The notes beneath the pieces were generated by a model that was given only the letters and a program-made list of their open reading frames with translations, was not told the DNA's origin and searched no databases. A stretch of 64,000 nucleotides of DNA from NCBI GenBank assembly GCA_907165135.1, contig OU015567.1:62001-126000 (forward strand), written 5' to 3'. This stretch comes from Oikopleura dioica. Its lineage: Eukaryota; Animalia; Chordata. The translations under genes were made by a program, and so were the position numbers. This document shows, one piece after another, positions 24,001 to 36,800 of the stretch (position 1 is its first letter; every line of letters begins with the position of its first letter).

Positions 24001-26380
24001 TGAAGAGCAATCGAAGTTAGAATTGCGTAAAGATTCATTTTCGGATTTAGAATCATCAATAACCGAATCGAGCTCCGATAGTTTAGACATTGAGGAATTC
24101 AAAAATTCTCTCGTTTTAAGGGATTACGAAAATTTAATTAATTTAAATATAATTGATATTTTTAAAGAGGCTTATCTCGAGGTTAAGGGAATCCGACAAA
24201 CTGATCAGGCCAATATTCAAAATGTAAGGGAAATCAGCGGGAAAGATGACATTTTCGACGAGACCTCAACGGAGGACCTGGAGATAGTAGCGGGTTCATC
24301 GGCAATATTACCTTGTAGAAATCAAACGGTTCGTCAGATTGAATTTTCGGGCGACTTAACATCATATGACAAACTTGATATAAGTGCTAATAGAAATGCA
24401 AAACGCGCGAGGGGAAGCTCTGGAGAATTGTCTGACATTCAAGATTTTAAAAGGCCCTTTTTTCACCCAAAAACAACAGATAAAACAGTACAAACTCGAC
24501 AACAAATCGATAGAACAATTTTAATGGACTCGGAAATAACGAACAGCTCCGTTCGATTACCAAAAACAAGAACAAACGAATTAATGAATGAAGCAGAAAT
24601 GCTTGATTTTGAAGGTTGCCAGATTGGAATAATTTTGGAAAACAAAAATGAAAATTTTTTTAACGAAGTTAGGCAGGGGTTGCATGATTTTAAAAAGAAT
24701 AAGAAAATCGGTAATGGGTTTATTCTGAAAATGTCTGAACTGCCGAAAGAAACATTGATATCGATCCTCGCTGATTTTGGCGAAACGCATTCTGCTTCAG
24801 ATAACAAATCCGAATTAGGTAATAAAGTGAAATTTTGGATTATCAAGAATCACAATAATTGGCAAAAATCAAGCTCGGGAGAGTTGCTTTTTCTAGCTAT
24901 TTTGCAAATAAAAAGAGAAACAACTCTTCCGCAGTTTTCTTTATACGAGCTCAAGTGTCTTTGCTCTTTTTATTCTCTTGAAAAAATTCCAAACTCATTT
25001 ATTAACAAAAAATCAAACATTCGTGAATTTATTATCGCTCAGTTTTCCTCTTTCTTTCCAAATCATCCGACAAAAAACGGTGAACTTGTTTTTTATCCGG
25101 ACACTTGAGCTCGTTCTAGGGCTTCAAATATTCGAAGGCAAAAGATGCTCATTTAAGACCCTGGCGTGGCCATGGTGATACCTTCCGAATAAATAACAAA
25201 AATCAAAAAAAAAAAAATACAAAAAAAAATGAATAAAAAATGTTGCTCAAATATAAAAGCCCATAGTGCATGTTAATCAAAGAAAAAATCAATAAGAGCC
25301 ATATTGATTTTCCCTTGGGCCCTTAACTAAGTGGGTAAAGTTTTTTGCTAATTTAATCAAAGGAAAATTAAGGGTTCAAGGGCTTTTACAAAATAATTAC
25401 TGGTTAGGGATTTTAGTTCGCATATTCTGCACGTACGCGTGTATCACATCAATTTATTATTGCATGAAAAGGATGATCGTTAAAACGTTAAAAATCACAT
25501 ATATCTATGCCTTTATTTACAGTGTTGATTGTAAATAAAAGTATAAGAAATTCTTAGGAAAATTTTATCTGAAAAAATATTTGTTTCTGTCATAAAAATC
25601 AACGAACCGCTGGGGAACGACTGCTGCTTTTCTTCCTTGATTTCGACGACGTTGGGACCTATCATCCTTACATGCTTCGCTTCCACGAAAGTGGCTGTTC
25701 GCAAAGTAGCCTGGAGCAGAATATCTCAATATGGCCAACCGCGAACATAAGCGCGACATGGTAATCAAAACTGTCGAGCCCGTTACGGCTGCTTTTTTAG
25801 TTTTTCTGACCAAAAAACAAAGATGGCAACTACACAACGAGCCGATGGCAGAGACAACGACGACTTCTACTTCTACAACACTTTGGACAACGATAAAAAC
25901 GCTTGGAACGACTACGATTTGCTTAACGGCTTTGGAAACCCAGAAATACTTTCACAATCGGTGGGTCACATAGTGAGAAAGCCGGTTTTGAGAGTGATTT
26001 CAAGAAAATGCGCCAGCTGTGGCAAAGAAAAATACAGAAAAAAATGAAATTTGAAAAAGACGAAAATTATGTAACCACAATCATTGGGGTTACATAACGA
26101 AGATTATGAAAATTATATAATGGCTATTTTGCCTTTGGATAAATTGAAAATGAAAAATTTCATCAGAAAGTTACATAATGCGAAAGACAATTGACGTAAA
26201 TGGCGCCATGACTTCTTAACAATGGAAATCCAGCGCAAACCGGTTGGCAAAAACTTGACCTTCTCCATTTTCAAAAATTGATCCTCATTCTTGATCTTTC
26301 AATAAATCACCAACAGCAAATAAATTTTTTAGTATTTTATAGCAAGAATCGTTTTGAGAAAATAAGCAGGAATCGTATCA
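21082..26380 (+). mobile_element. Internally deleted Ty3/gypsy element D, nested in LTR E
   Basis: 3' LTR 25176-26380 is complete. 5' LTR 21082-~22222 lacks its last ~56 bp and is fused to RNase H. TSD ATCAC at 21077-21081 and 26381-26385. Confidence 0.93.
22223..25108 (+). pseudogene. pol: Truncated pol of D (RNase H, integrase, C-terminal extension)
   Basis: VVECDAS RNase H; HEGGH...CKYC zinc finger; FDMIG/DNA/GSVENFN core; FIGPY. Gag, PR and RT are absent. Confidence 0.9.
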
Positions 26381-26640
26381 ATCACTGCGGCGAAAATGAA
26401 GAAAACAACGAGAAAAACAAGAGCGCGAAATGCGCCGCGCAAAATCAAAACATCCGCGAAATACTTGGCGAAATGCCCTTATTTGGAAATTTTACCATCT
26501 GCGCGGAATTGAAATTTGAAAATTTGAAATTCGAAAATCATTCTCGATCTTACCAAATAAAATAGCGTCGATTCCTGAATTTTTAATTGTTTCCTTTGCA
26601 AGTTGCAGATTAGCTTAGAGAATCATCCCTTTCGGTATCA

Positions 26641-28989
26641 ACCATCGAAAAAAAAATTTTTTTTTTGATTTTTTTTCTGTTGGGTTTGAGAGGCTCAGAA
26701 TCAACCAAAATGACGCTCGGAAGACGGCAGAAACGCTGCAAATAAAATAAGGGCAAAAAACAAACTTTCAAAATTTTGACCTCGTTTTTGGGCAATTCAT
26801 GATAACAATGACCATCGAAAAAAATTTTTTGAATTTTTTTCTGTTGGGTTTGAGAGGCTCAGAATCAACCAAAATGACGCTCGGAAGACGGCAAAAACGC
26901 TGCAAATAAAATAAGGGCAAAAACAAACTTTCAAAATTTTGACCTCGTTTTTGGGCGATTCATGATAACAATGACCATCGAAAAAAATTTTTTGAATTTT
27001 TTCTGTTGGGTTTGAGAGGCTCAGAATCAACCAAAATGACGCTCGGAAGACGGCAAAAACGCTGCAAATAAAATAAGGGCAAAAAACGAACTTTCAAAAT
27101 TTTGACCTCGTTTTTGGGCGATTCATGATAACAATGACCATCGAAAAAAATTTTTTGAATTTTTTTCTGTTGGGTTTGAGAGGCTCAGAATCAACCAAAA
27201 TGACGCTCGGAAGACGGCAGAAACGCTGCAAATAAAATAAGGGCAAAAACAAACTTTCAAAATTTTGACCTCATTTTTGGGCGATTCATGATAACGATGA
27301 ACATCGAAAAAAATTTTTTGAATTTTTTCTGTTGGGTTTGAGAAGCTCAGAATCAACCAAAATGACGCTCGGAAGACGGCAGAAACGCTGCAAATAAAAT
27401 AAGGGCAAAAACGAACTTTCAAAATTTTGACCTCGTTTTTGGGCGATTCATGATAACGATGACCATCGAAAAAAATTTTTTGAATTTTTTCTGTTGGGTT
27501 TGAGAGGCTAAGAATCAATCAAAATGACGCTCGGAAGACGGCAAAAACGCTGCAAATAAAATAAGGGCAAAAACAAACTTTCAAAATTTTGACCTCGTTT
27601 TTGGGCGATTCATGATAACAATGACCATCGAAAAAAATTTTTTGAATTTTTTCTGTTGGGTTTGAGAGGCTCAGAATCAACCAAAATGACGCTCGGAAGA
27701 CGGCAAAAACGCTGCAAATAAAATAAGGGCAAAAAACAAACTTTCAAAATTTTGACCTCGTTTTTGGGCGATTCATGATAACAATGACCATCGAAAAAAA
27801 ATTTTTTTTTTGAATTTTTTCTGTTGGGTTTGAGAGGCTCAGAATCAACCAAAATGACGCTCGGAAGACGGCAAAAACGCTGCAAATAAAATAAGGGCAA
27901 AAAACGAACTTTCAAAATTTTGACCTCGTTTTTGGGCGATTCATGATAACAATGACCATCGAAAAAATTTTTTGAATTTTTTCTGTTGGGTTTGAGAGGC
28001 TCAGAATCAACCAAAATGACGCTCGGAAGACGGCAGAAACGCTGCAAATAAAATAAGGGCAAAAACAAACTTTCAAAATTTTGACCTCATTTTTGGGCGA
28101 TTCATGATAACGATGAACATCGAAAAAAAAATTTTTTTTTTGAATTTTTTTTCTGTTGGGTTTGAGAAGCTCAGAATCAACCAAAATGACGCTCGGAAGA
28201 CGGCAGAAACGCTGCAAATAAAATAAGGGCAAAAAACGAACTTTCAAAATTTTGACCTCGTTTTTGGGCGATTCATGATAACGATGACCATCGAAAAAAA
28301 AAATTTTTTTTTGAATTTTTTTTCTGTTGGGTTTGAGAGGCTAAGAATCAATCAAAATGACGCTCGGAAGACGGCAAAAACGCTGCAAATAAAATAAGGG
28401 CAAAAAACAAACTTTCAAAATTTTGACCTCGTTTTTGGGCGATTCATGATAACAATGACCATCGAAAAAATTTTTTGAATTTTTTCTGTTGGGTTTGAGA
28501 GGCTCAGAATCAACCAAAATGACGCTCGGAAGACGGCAAAAACGCTGCAAATAAAATAAGGGCAAAAAACGAACTTTCAAAATTTTGACCTCGTTTTTGG
28601 GCGATTCATGATAACAATGACCATCGAAAAAAATTTTTTGAATTTTTTCTGTTGGGTTTGAGAGGCTCAGAATCAACCAAAATGACGCTCGGAAGACGGC
28701 AAAAACGCTGCAAATAAAATAAGGGCAAAAACGAACTTTCAAAATTTTGACCTCGTTTTTGGGCGATTCATGATAACAATGACCATCGAAAAAAATTTTT
28801 TGAATTTTTTCTGTTGGGTTTGAGAGACTCAGAATCAACCAAAATGACGCTCGGAAGACGGCAGAAACGCTGCAAATAAAATAAGGGCAAAAAACAAACT
28901 TTCAAAATTTTGACCTCATTTTTGGGCGATTCATGATAACGATGAACATCGAAAAATTTTTTTGAATTTTTTCTGTTGGGTTTGAGAAG
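26641..28989 (+). repeat. ~165-bp satellite, block 4 (with ~820-bp 5-mer higher-order repeat)
   Basis: Variant GATGAACATCG at ~27296, 28112, 28941. Confidence 0.97.
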
Positions 28990-31498
28990 TGATATCCTTC
29001 GGGAACAACGCCTCAAGCAACACAAAAATTTATTTCACGGCCAAATATTTACGTCAATTCGGTTCTACGTTAGTTTAAATTTGTCTTGTCAGCTTGGTAT
29101 CACCAAATTGATCAGACATTTTTCCAAAAATCATTTCACGATATTCTTCTCAAAATGAAAAGATGGTCAGTTTTTACGAGCCAGATTGACCCAAAATTGT
29201 GTTATCATCATGTCATCTCTTTACGATTTCTACTTTTATCATTGGAATGCTCATATGCTCTCATCATAGTCAACGGGTCGGAAATTAATTAAGGGTTTAT
29301 TCAGTCTAGGATTAATGTGTATGTACGCATACTTTGGAAAAAATCTTAATTTGTTTCTGACTATTCTAGTGCGATCTGACGTCCATTCATCAAAAATATG
29401 CAATTCGCAAAACCGCATGTTTAATCTATTTATTGATATTTCTTATCATTGCTTTGCGATTTTAAAAGTTCGATTATTGACAGTTCATACGATTCAACTT
29501 CTACAACAAGATAGCCGTCAACACCTTCTTCAACAACAACTACTCCAACGAGCCGATAAACCGTCGTATCATCTCGGTGCCGTGGGGTCGGACAAACTCT
29601 ATGTCAGGGCGTCCGCTTGTCGCAAATTAGCTCATCCGTAAGAGAAGATACGGTGCGAACCGCGACAGTAACTTCCCCCGGGTATGTTCCTTGGAATTTG
29701 CTTCTTCTATGATTTCAATTTTGATAAATTTATTTTATAAAATCCTGACCAAATTTTATTCAATTTATTTGTTAAAATTTTGTACATATTCTTTTTCTTT
29801 TCTCATCCTTTTATATTTTTCAATCCTAATTAACAGTCACTTCTACGGTCACATAGTGAGAAGTTTTAGTGGCTGTTATTATTTTCTGCTTTTTATTATC
29901 AAAAAAAATTAATTTGCGTTTTATCTCGTCACGCGCGGCGCCGGCTTCAAAATCCTTTGAAAATAACTTGCTTGGCAAGTTCGACCAGCTCATCATCCGA
30001 AAAGAAATCGATCCGAAAGGATTTCCCGCAAGAAAAACCGCTAAAGAAAGCCACGGGCTCTCTTCCTTGTTTTCAAAAGAAAAATTGTTTTTCAAAAACA
30101 ACCGCTTGTTCAAAAACACTGATCAAATCTCGCTGCTATTTAACCCCGCGTCGCGCCTTTTTCAGTCATTCAAATCACAAATAAAACCACGCAAATTTAA
30201 AATTTGATTCTCGTTATTTTGGCTTGGCATTCTAGAGTTAGAGATCGAGCAAAATTCTTGCAGGACAGCCGCTTCCGTATCAAGCTAGTTTGCGACAAGC
30301 GGACGCACTGACAGAGAGTTTGTCCGACCCCACGGCACCGAGATGATACGACGGTTTATCGGCTCGTTGGAGTAGTTGTTGTTGAAGAAGATGTTGACGA
30401 CTTCCTTGTTGTAGAAGTTGAATCGTATGCACTGTCAATAATCGAACTTTAAAAATCGCAAAGCAATGATAAAAAATATCGATAAATAGATTAAACATGC
30501 AGTTTTGCAAATAGCATATTTTTGGATGAATTGACATCAGATTGCACTAGAAAAGTATTATGATGAGAGCATATGAGCATTCCAATGATAGAACGTATAG
30601 ATCGTAAGGAGATGACATGATGATAAGACAATTTTGGGTCAATCTGGCTCGTTAAAACTGACCATCTTTTCATTTTAAGTAGAATATCGTGAAATGATTT
30701 TTGCAAATATGTCTGATCAATTTGGTGATACCAAGCTGACAAGACAAATTTAAACTAACGTAGAACCGAATTGGCGTAAATATTTCGCCGTGAAATAAAA
30801 ATTTTTTATTTGGCTTGAGGCGTTGTTCCCTAAGGATATCATAGCTCATCCGTAAGAGAAGATACGGTGCGAACCGCGACAGTAACTTCCCCCGGGTATG
30901 TTCCTTGGAATTTGCTTCTTCTATGATTTCAATTTTGATAAATTTATTTTATAAAATCCTGACCAAATTTTATTCAATTTATTTGTTAAAATTTTGTACA
31001 TATTCTTTTTCTTTTCTCATCCTTTTATATTTTTCAATCCTAATTAACAGTCACTTCTACGGTCACATAGTGAGAAGTTTTAGTGGCTGTTATTATTTTC
31101 TGCTTTTTATTATCAAAAAAAAAATTAATTTGCGTTTTATCTCGTCACGCGCGGCGCCGGCTTCAAAATCCTTTGAAAATAACTTGCTTGGCAAGTTCGA
31201 CCAGCTCATCATCCGAAAAGAAATCGATCCGAAAGGATTTCCCGCAAGAAAAACCGCTAAAGAAAGCCACGGGCTCTTTTCCTTGTTTTCAAAAGAAAAA
31301 TTGTTTTTCAAAAACAACCGCTTGTTCAAAAACACTGATTGAATCTCGCTGCTATTTAACCCCGCGTCGCGCCTTTTTCCGGCATTCAAATCACAAATAA
31401 AACCACGCAAATTTTAAATTTGATTCTCGTTATTTTCGCTTGGCATTCTAGAGTTAGAGATCGAGCAAAATTCCTGCAGGACAGCCGCTTCCGTATCA
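28990..31498. mobile_element. Composite of two family-A solo LTRs: full LTR(+) 28990-30282, inverted 5' half 30283-30841, 3' half(+) 30842-31498
   Basis: Outer TSD AGAAG at 28985-28989 and 31499-31503. Inner duplication AGCTA (30283-30287)/TAGCT (30842-30846). Confidence 0.92.
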
Positions 31499-32769
31499 AG
31501 AAGCTCAGAATCAACCAAAATGACGCTCGGAAGACGGCAGAAACGCTGCAAATAAAATAAGGGCAAAAAACGAACTTTCAAAATTTTGACCTCGTTTTTG
31601 GGCGATTCATGATAACGATGACCATCGAAAAAAAATTTTTTGAATTTTTTCTGTTGGGTTTGAGAGGCTAAGAATCAATCAAAATGACGCTCGGAAGACG
31701 GCAGAAACGCTGCAAATAAAATAAGGGCAAAAAACGAAATTTCAAAATTTTGACCTCATTTTTGGGCGATTCATGATAACGATGACCATCGAAAAATATT
31801 TTTTTGGGTTTTTTCTGTTGGGTTTGAGAGGCTCAGAATCAACCAAAATGACGCTCGGAAGACGGAAAAAACGCTGCAAATAAAATAAGGGCAAAAACGA
31901 ACTTTCAAAATTTTGACCTCGTTTTTGGGCGATTCATGATAACGATGACCATCGAAAAAATTTTTTTGAATTTTTTCTGTTGAGTTTGAGAGGCTCAGAA
32001 TCAACCAAAATGACGCTCGGAAGACGGCAGAAACGCTGCAAATAAAATAAGGGCAAAAACGAATTTTCAAAATTTTGACCTCGTTTTTGGGCGATTCATG
32101 ATAACGATGACCATCGAAAAATTTTTTTGAATTTTTTTTCTGTTGGATTTGAGAGGCTTAGAATCAACCAAAATGACGCTCGGAAGACGGCAGAAACGCT
32201 GCAAATAAAATAAGAGCAAAAAACGAATTTTCAAAATTTTGACCTCGTTTTTGGGCGATTCATGATAACGATGACTATCGAAAAAAAATTTTTGAATTTT
32301 TTCTGTTGGGTTTGAGAGGCTTAGAATCAACCAAAATGACGCTCGGAAGACGGCAGAAACGCTGCAAATAAAATAAGGGCAAAAAACGAAATTTCAAAAT
32401 TTTGACCTCGTTTTTGGGCGATTCATGATTACGATGACCATCGAAAAAAATTTTTTTTTGAATTTTTTTTCTGTTGGGTTTGAGAGGCTCAGAATCAACC
32501 AAAATGACGCTCGGAAGTGGGCAGAAACGCTGCAAATAAAATAAGGGCAAAAACGAATTTTAAAAATTTTGACCTCGTTTTTGGGCGATTCATGATAACG
32601 ATGACCATCGAAAAAAATTTTTTTGAATTTTTTCTGTTGGGTTTGAGAGGCTCAGAATCACCCAAAATGACGCTCGGAAGACGGCAAAAACGCTGCAAAT
32701 AAAATAAGGGCAAAAAACGAAATTTCAAAACTTTGATCTCGTTTTTGGGCGATTCATGATAACGATGAC
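31499..32769 (+). repeat. ~165-bp satellite, block 5
   Basis: Same monomer, resumes in phase. Confidence 0.98.
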
Positions 32770-33860
32770 TGATACCGATTTGCTGCTCAAATGCTCTCTT
32801 AGCTAGAATTCTTGCAAAGAATGACGCCAAAATTTCAAAACGTGGCTGTATTATTTTGAGTATGGAGAGAGTGATTTTTCAAATTTTCAAATTTTCAATT
32901 CGCATTTCGCGCAGGTGCGTTTCTTTCCAAATAAGGCGCGGCGCATTTCGCGCCATGTTTTTCTTTCCAAATATGGTGAGCGCTTTTCGCGCAATTGTTT
33001 TTCTGTCAATCGAAATTCGCCGAAACAGCCACGTTCGCTTCGAAATTAATCCCAAGAAATAAATTTTATCAAAAAGTTCAACTTCCCACTATGTGGCCAT
33101 ATCCCTTTTTGATAGAATTTAATAAATTTTTACTAATACTTTTCCAAAGCCAGTTCCAATAATCGTTGTCAGTCCATTGCGTAGTCGTCGTTGTTGCCAG
33201 AGAAGTCGCCGCCATTGTTGAAGCTGCAATTCTGTCGGTTTTGAGGAGAGTGGTCAGCTTTCCTTAAGCGAGCCAGAAAAGTGTTCAATCAATTTTGCCT
33301 ACCTAGGAGTACTTACAGACAGCGCCATCCCGAGGAGCACGGGGTCACACTGTCAAGCCGCTTAAAGCGGAACTCAGCTAGAGGATGAAATCCATGCAAC
33401 AGCTCTGTTGTAGTAGTAGAAAATGCCGATCGATTTTTTATCGTCAAGAAGAATTGCCATCATCGTTTTGAAGACATAGAAGAGTCAGCTTGATTCATCA
33501 ATAATAATTACCAGTTCAAAAATTAAATAAAAGAAGTAGTGAGCACTAGAAAGAGTTAAATAAAGAACCGCCGAAACGGGTGGCTAATGTGCCTTTGATT
33601 TGTGAAATAACGCGTACGTTATGAGGGAAAAATAGAGATTTATGAATTCATGCAAGCATCCGAGATTTGGCTCCGAAAATCGTCGGAACATAAAACTGTG
33701 AAATTCATGCCTAATCAACCTAATTGGCGAAAATATTTATGTGACTGGGATATTCAATTTTTCATTTTTTTTCTTGTGTTCTTTCCTTTATTCGTATCAG
33801 TATGACCACTCATGGGTATCTTTTTTCGGAGCATCTTTTAAGGAAGAAACAAATTGAATA

Positions 33861-36800
33861 TTAGATATTTGGTCCGAATATGAGATCATTGTTCTTTTTT
33901 GGATGATTCGGATATAATTTTTCAAAAGCAGAATTAATAAATAAAATCATTTCTGACTTATTTTGCAAAACACATTTTGGCAGGTTATACTCAGCAATAA
34001 GAACTTTCAATTCAGGTTTTTTCAAATCATAAAGAGTTTTTTCCTTTTTCAAATTTAAAATTGAAAAGAAAAGTAACTCTCCGCATGCATTTTTTCGCCA
34101 ATTAGGGTGATTTTTCCAAATATACTCTCTTATTTTTATTCTTAGATCTGATATCGTTTCCGTTGTCAAATATTGAACATCAAACTTATGCAAGATAAAT
34201 CTAAGTGCTTCTTTTGTTAATTCACCCAACTTCAAAATACACCCATTTTCAATTGCCATATTCTCTTCAAGCTCCTCAATTCTCGATTCTATTCTCTGGA
34301 AAAAACTTTCATGCTCGTTTTCTAATTTAAATGTTATTGAAGTATCGAAGTTTTCACAAATCATTTCCGACATATCATTTGACTCTTCATCAGAGCTATC
34401 TTTTGGGTCTAAATTTGGTATTTTAGAGCAAGGAATGGAGTCTTTCGATGATTCTCTTTCGCGTTTCCGATTTGCCGAAATATCTAATTTATCGTAAGAA
34501 ATAAGGGGTTCTTGATCTTCCGTTATTATATTTTCATGGACTGTTTCTGTTTCAACCGTAGATAATTCTTCGTCTACCGTCACTTCCCAATGAGAATTTT
34601 CCTCAATTTCCCACTCCGAATCAGATGAAATAAGGGACCCAGAGACCGGAAAATCGTCAGGTTTAGGTATCGCTTCAATATTTTGCGAACTATCGGGCTC
34701 TCTTAAACTCTGTTCATTCTCGATTATTGATACACAAGAACTTTCCTCAGAGGAAGATTCCATAGATTCAATTGTATCAACAATCAAGTCTGAAAAAATA
34801 TTCTCAAAAACAATATCAATTAATGAATTAACTATGTTGTCTATTTTTTCTTCTATTTCATCTTCCTTCATTGAAATAGGTGGACAAGAATAAAAACCAC
34901 TTGAAAAACTTTCTCGCTCGAAAACATTGTCTTTGTGGAAGGTCGAAAAATCGTCTTGAATATCTGGAAGTTCAACTGAGAGACCTAAATCTTCCGAATC
35001 CTCTTTTCGCGCGTTAAATTTTTTCAAATGATCAGCGTGTCGCCGAAACTCTTTATCATCAGACGCGACTGTATACCAAGTTCCCTCTTTCGATTTATTT
35101 TTTATTTTATACGGCCCAAGAAAAGCTGGTTTTTTCGCGTCGAAATTTTTGATAAGAACCATGTCGCCGATTTGATAAGGCACAAATTTTGGGTTTGAAA
35201 ATTTCTCAAGCCTATTTTGTTTTTCATCTTCGATCAATTTTTTAATTTGTTGAAAATCAATATCACTTTTTTCGAAAGAAGCCCTAAAATTTGGATCAAA
35301 AATGTCATGAGCGTTTTTCACGCCCATTTGAAGGGAATAAGGGGATGTTTTCGTGACTGAATGCTCGCTTGAATTAAGGTCATGGACAACCTCTTGAAGG
35401 TTCTGATCCCAATTTACTAACCCACAACGTGCACGTAATCTACTTTTAAGGGTTCGATTATAATTTTCCACTTGCCCATTAGAAGAAGGATGCCTTGGAG
35501 GAGTAAAATGAGGGTCTATATGATTTTCTTTCATAAATTTCTCGATCTCTGAATGTTCCCTAGCATTGTCGAGCACAACAATTTTTGGATAAATTGGATT
35601 TTTGAAAATCACACTTTTAAATTTTTCAAGGAGATATTTAGAATTACGAGATTTAAGAGGTTCACAATATCCGAATTTCGAGAAAAAATCGATCATTACC
35701 ATTACATATTTATTTCCATGATCAGTTGGAGGTAACGTGATCAGATCGAATCCAAAAACTTCAAAAGGTCCGTTTGGTGTTTTGAAGGTCAAAACCGGCG
35801 CTTTATTGGGGTGAAAATCAGGCTTATCTTTTTGACAATACGAACATGTTCTAACAAATTCTCTTATTGCTTGACGCATTCTAGGCCATATATACTTGAC
35901 GGATATTTTTGAAAAAACTTGATCGATTCCAGCGTGGCAATATTCATGGTAATTTTTAATAAGTTCACTCTCTAAACTTTTTGGAACTAAAATTCGTCTA
36001 TTTCCTGAATCATCGAAAAAAATAATTTGATCATTTTCCGAAATAGTCAAATTTTCTCTCAAAAGCCAATAAAATGTTATATCACCTGATGGATTGTGAG
36101 GCCATCTATCTATCGTCAAAAATTTTCTTATCTTGGTTAAAAGAGGATCAAGCATCTGAAGCTCGCAAAATTGTTTTTGAGTTATTTTAATTGAATTTAT
36201 AAGGGGCTGATTTTGAATCGTAGTTTGTCTACTCAAACAGTCACTTATCTGCATTTTTGACGAGGGTTTTTGAATTGTTCTAAAATTAAATCCTTGAATT
36301 TCCGTTATCCATCTCGTGATTTTTTGATTATAGGTTCTTAGTGTTCGAACGTATTTAATGTTTGAATTATCTGTAATCCAATCAAAACTATTGTAAGAAA
36401 GATAGATTGACCACTTCATCATGCATTGTTTGGCGGAAAATAATTCTTTTTCTTTAATTGTGTATCGTGATTGAGTTTCGTTAAAATTACCACTGTTATA
36501 GCCTACAGGGATCAAACACTCACTAGAATGGTGATGAGAATTATCCCTACAATTTTTTTCACAAATATAGAGTACCCCACCGTATGCATTATTTGACGCG
36601 TCTGTCTCTAAAACGAAAAGCGCATTGTCTACTGGGGGTATTTTGAGCTTCATTGCATTATCGCATATAATATTTTGAAGCTTGCTTAACGCGCTCGAAG
36701 CCTCGTCTGTCCATTTAAACCCGTTTCTCCAAGTTTTTGTAATTGGTAATGCTATTGCCGAAAAATTTTTTTATAAATCTACGATGAAAGTTTAAAAGTC

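Larger units (their letters stand above)
20294..26640 (+). mobile_element. Solo LTR E (B/C group), split by element D into 20294-21081 and 26386-26640
   Basis: Homologous to B/C LTRs (GCTGAGTTCCGC...GACAGTGTGACCCCG). Starts TAATA (mutated TGATA), ends TATCA. TSD ACCAT at 20289-20293 and 26641-26645. Confidence 0.88.

Noticed and set aside
28990-31498. Reintegrated autointegration circle
   Set aside because: The junctions fit, but reciprocal A1/A2 markers around TAGCT favour nested antisense insertion plus inversion. Not formally excluded.
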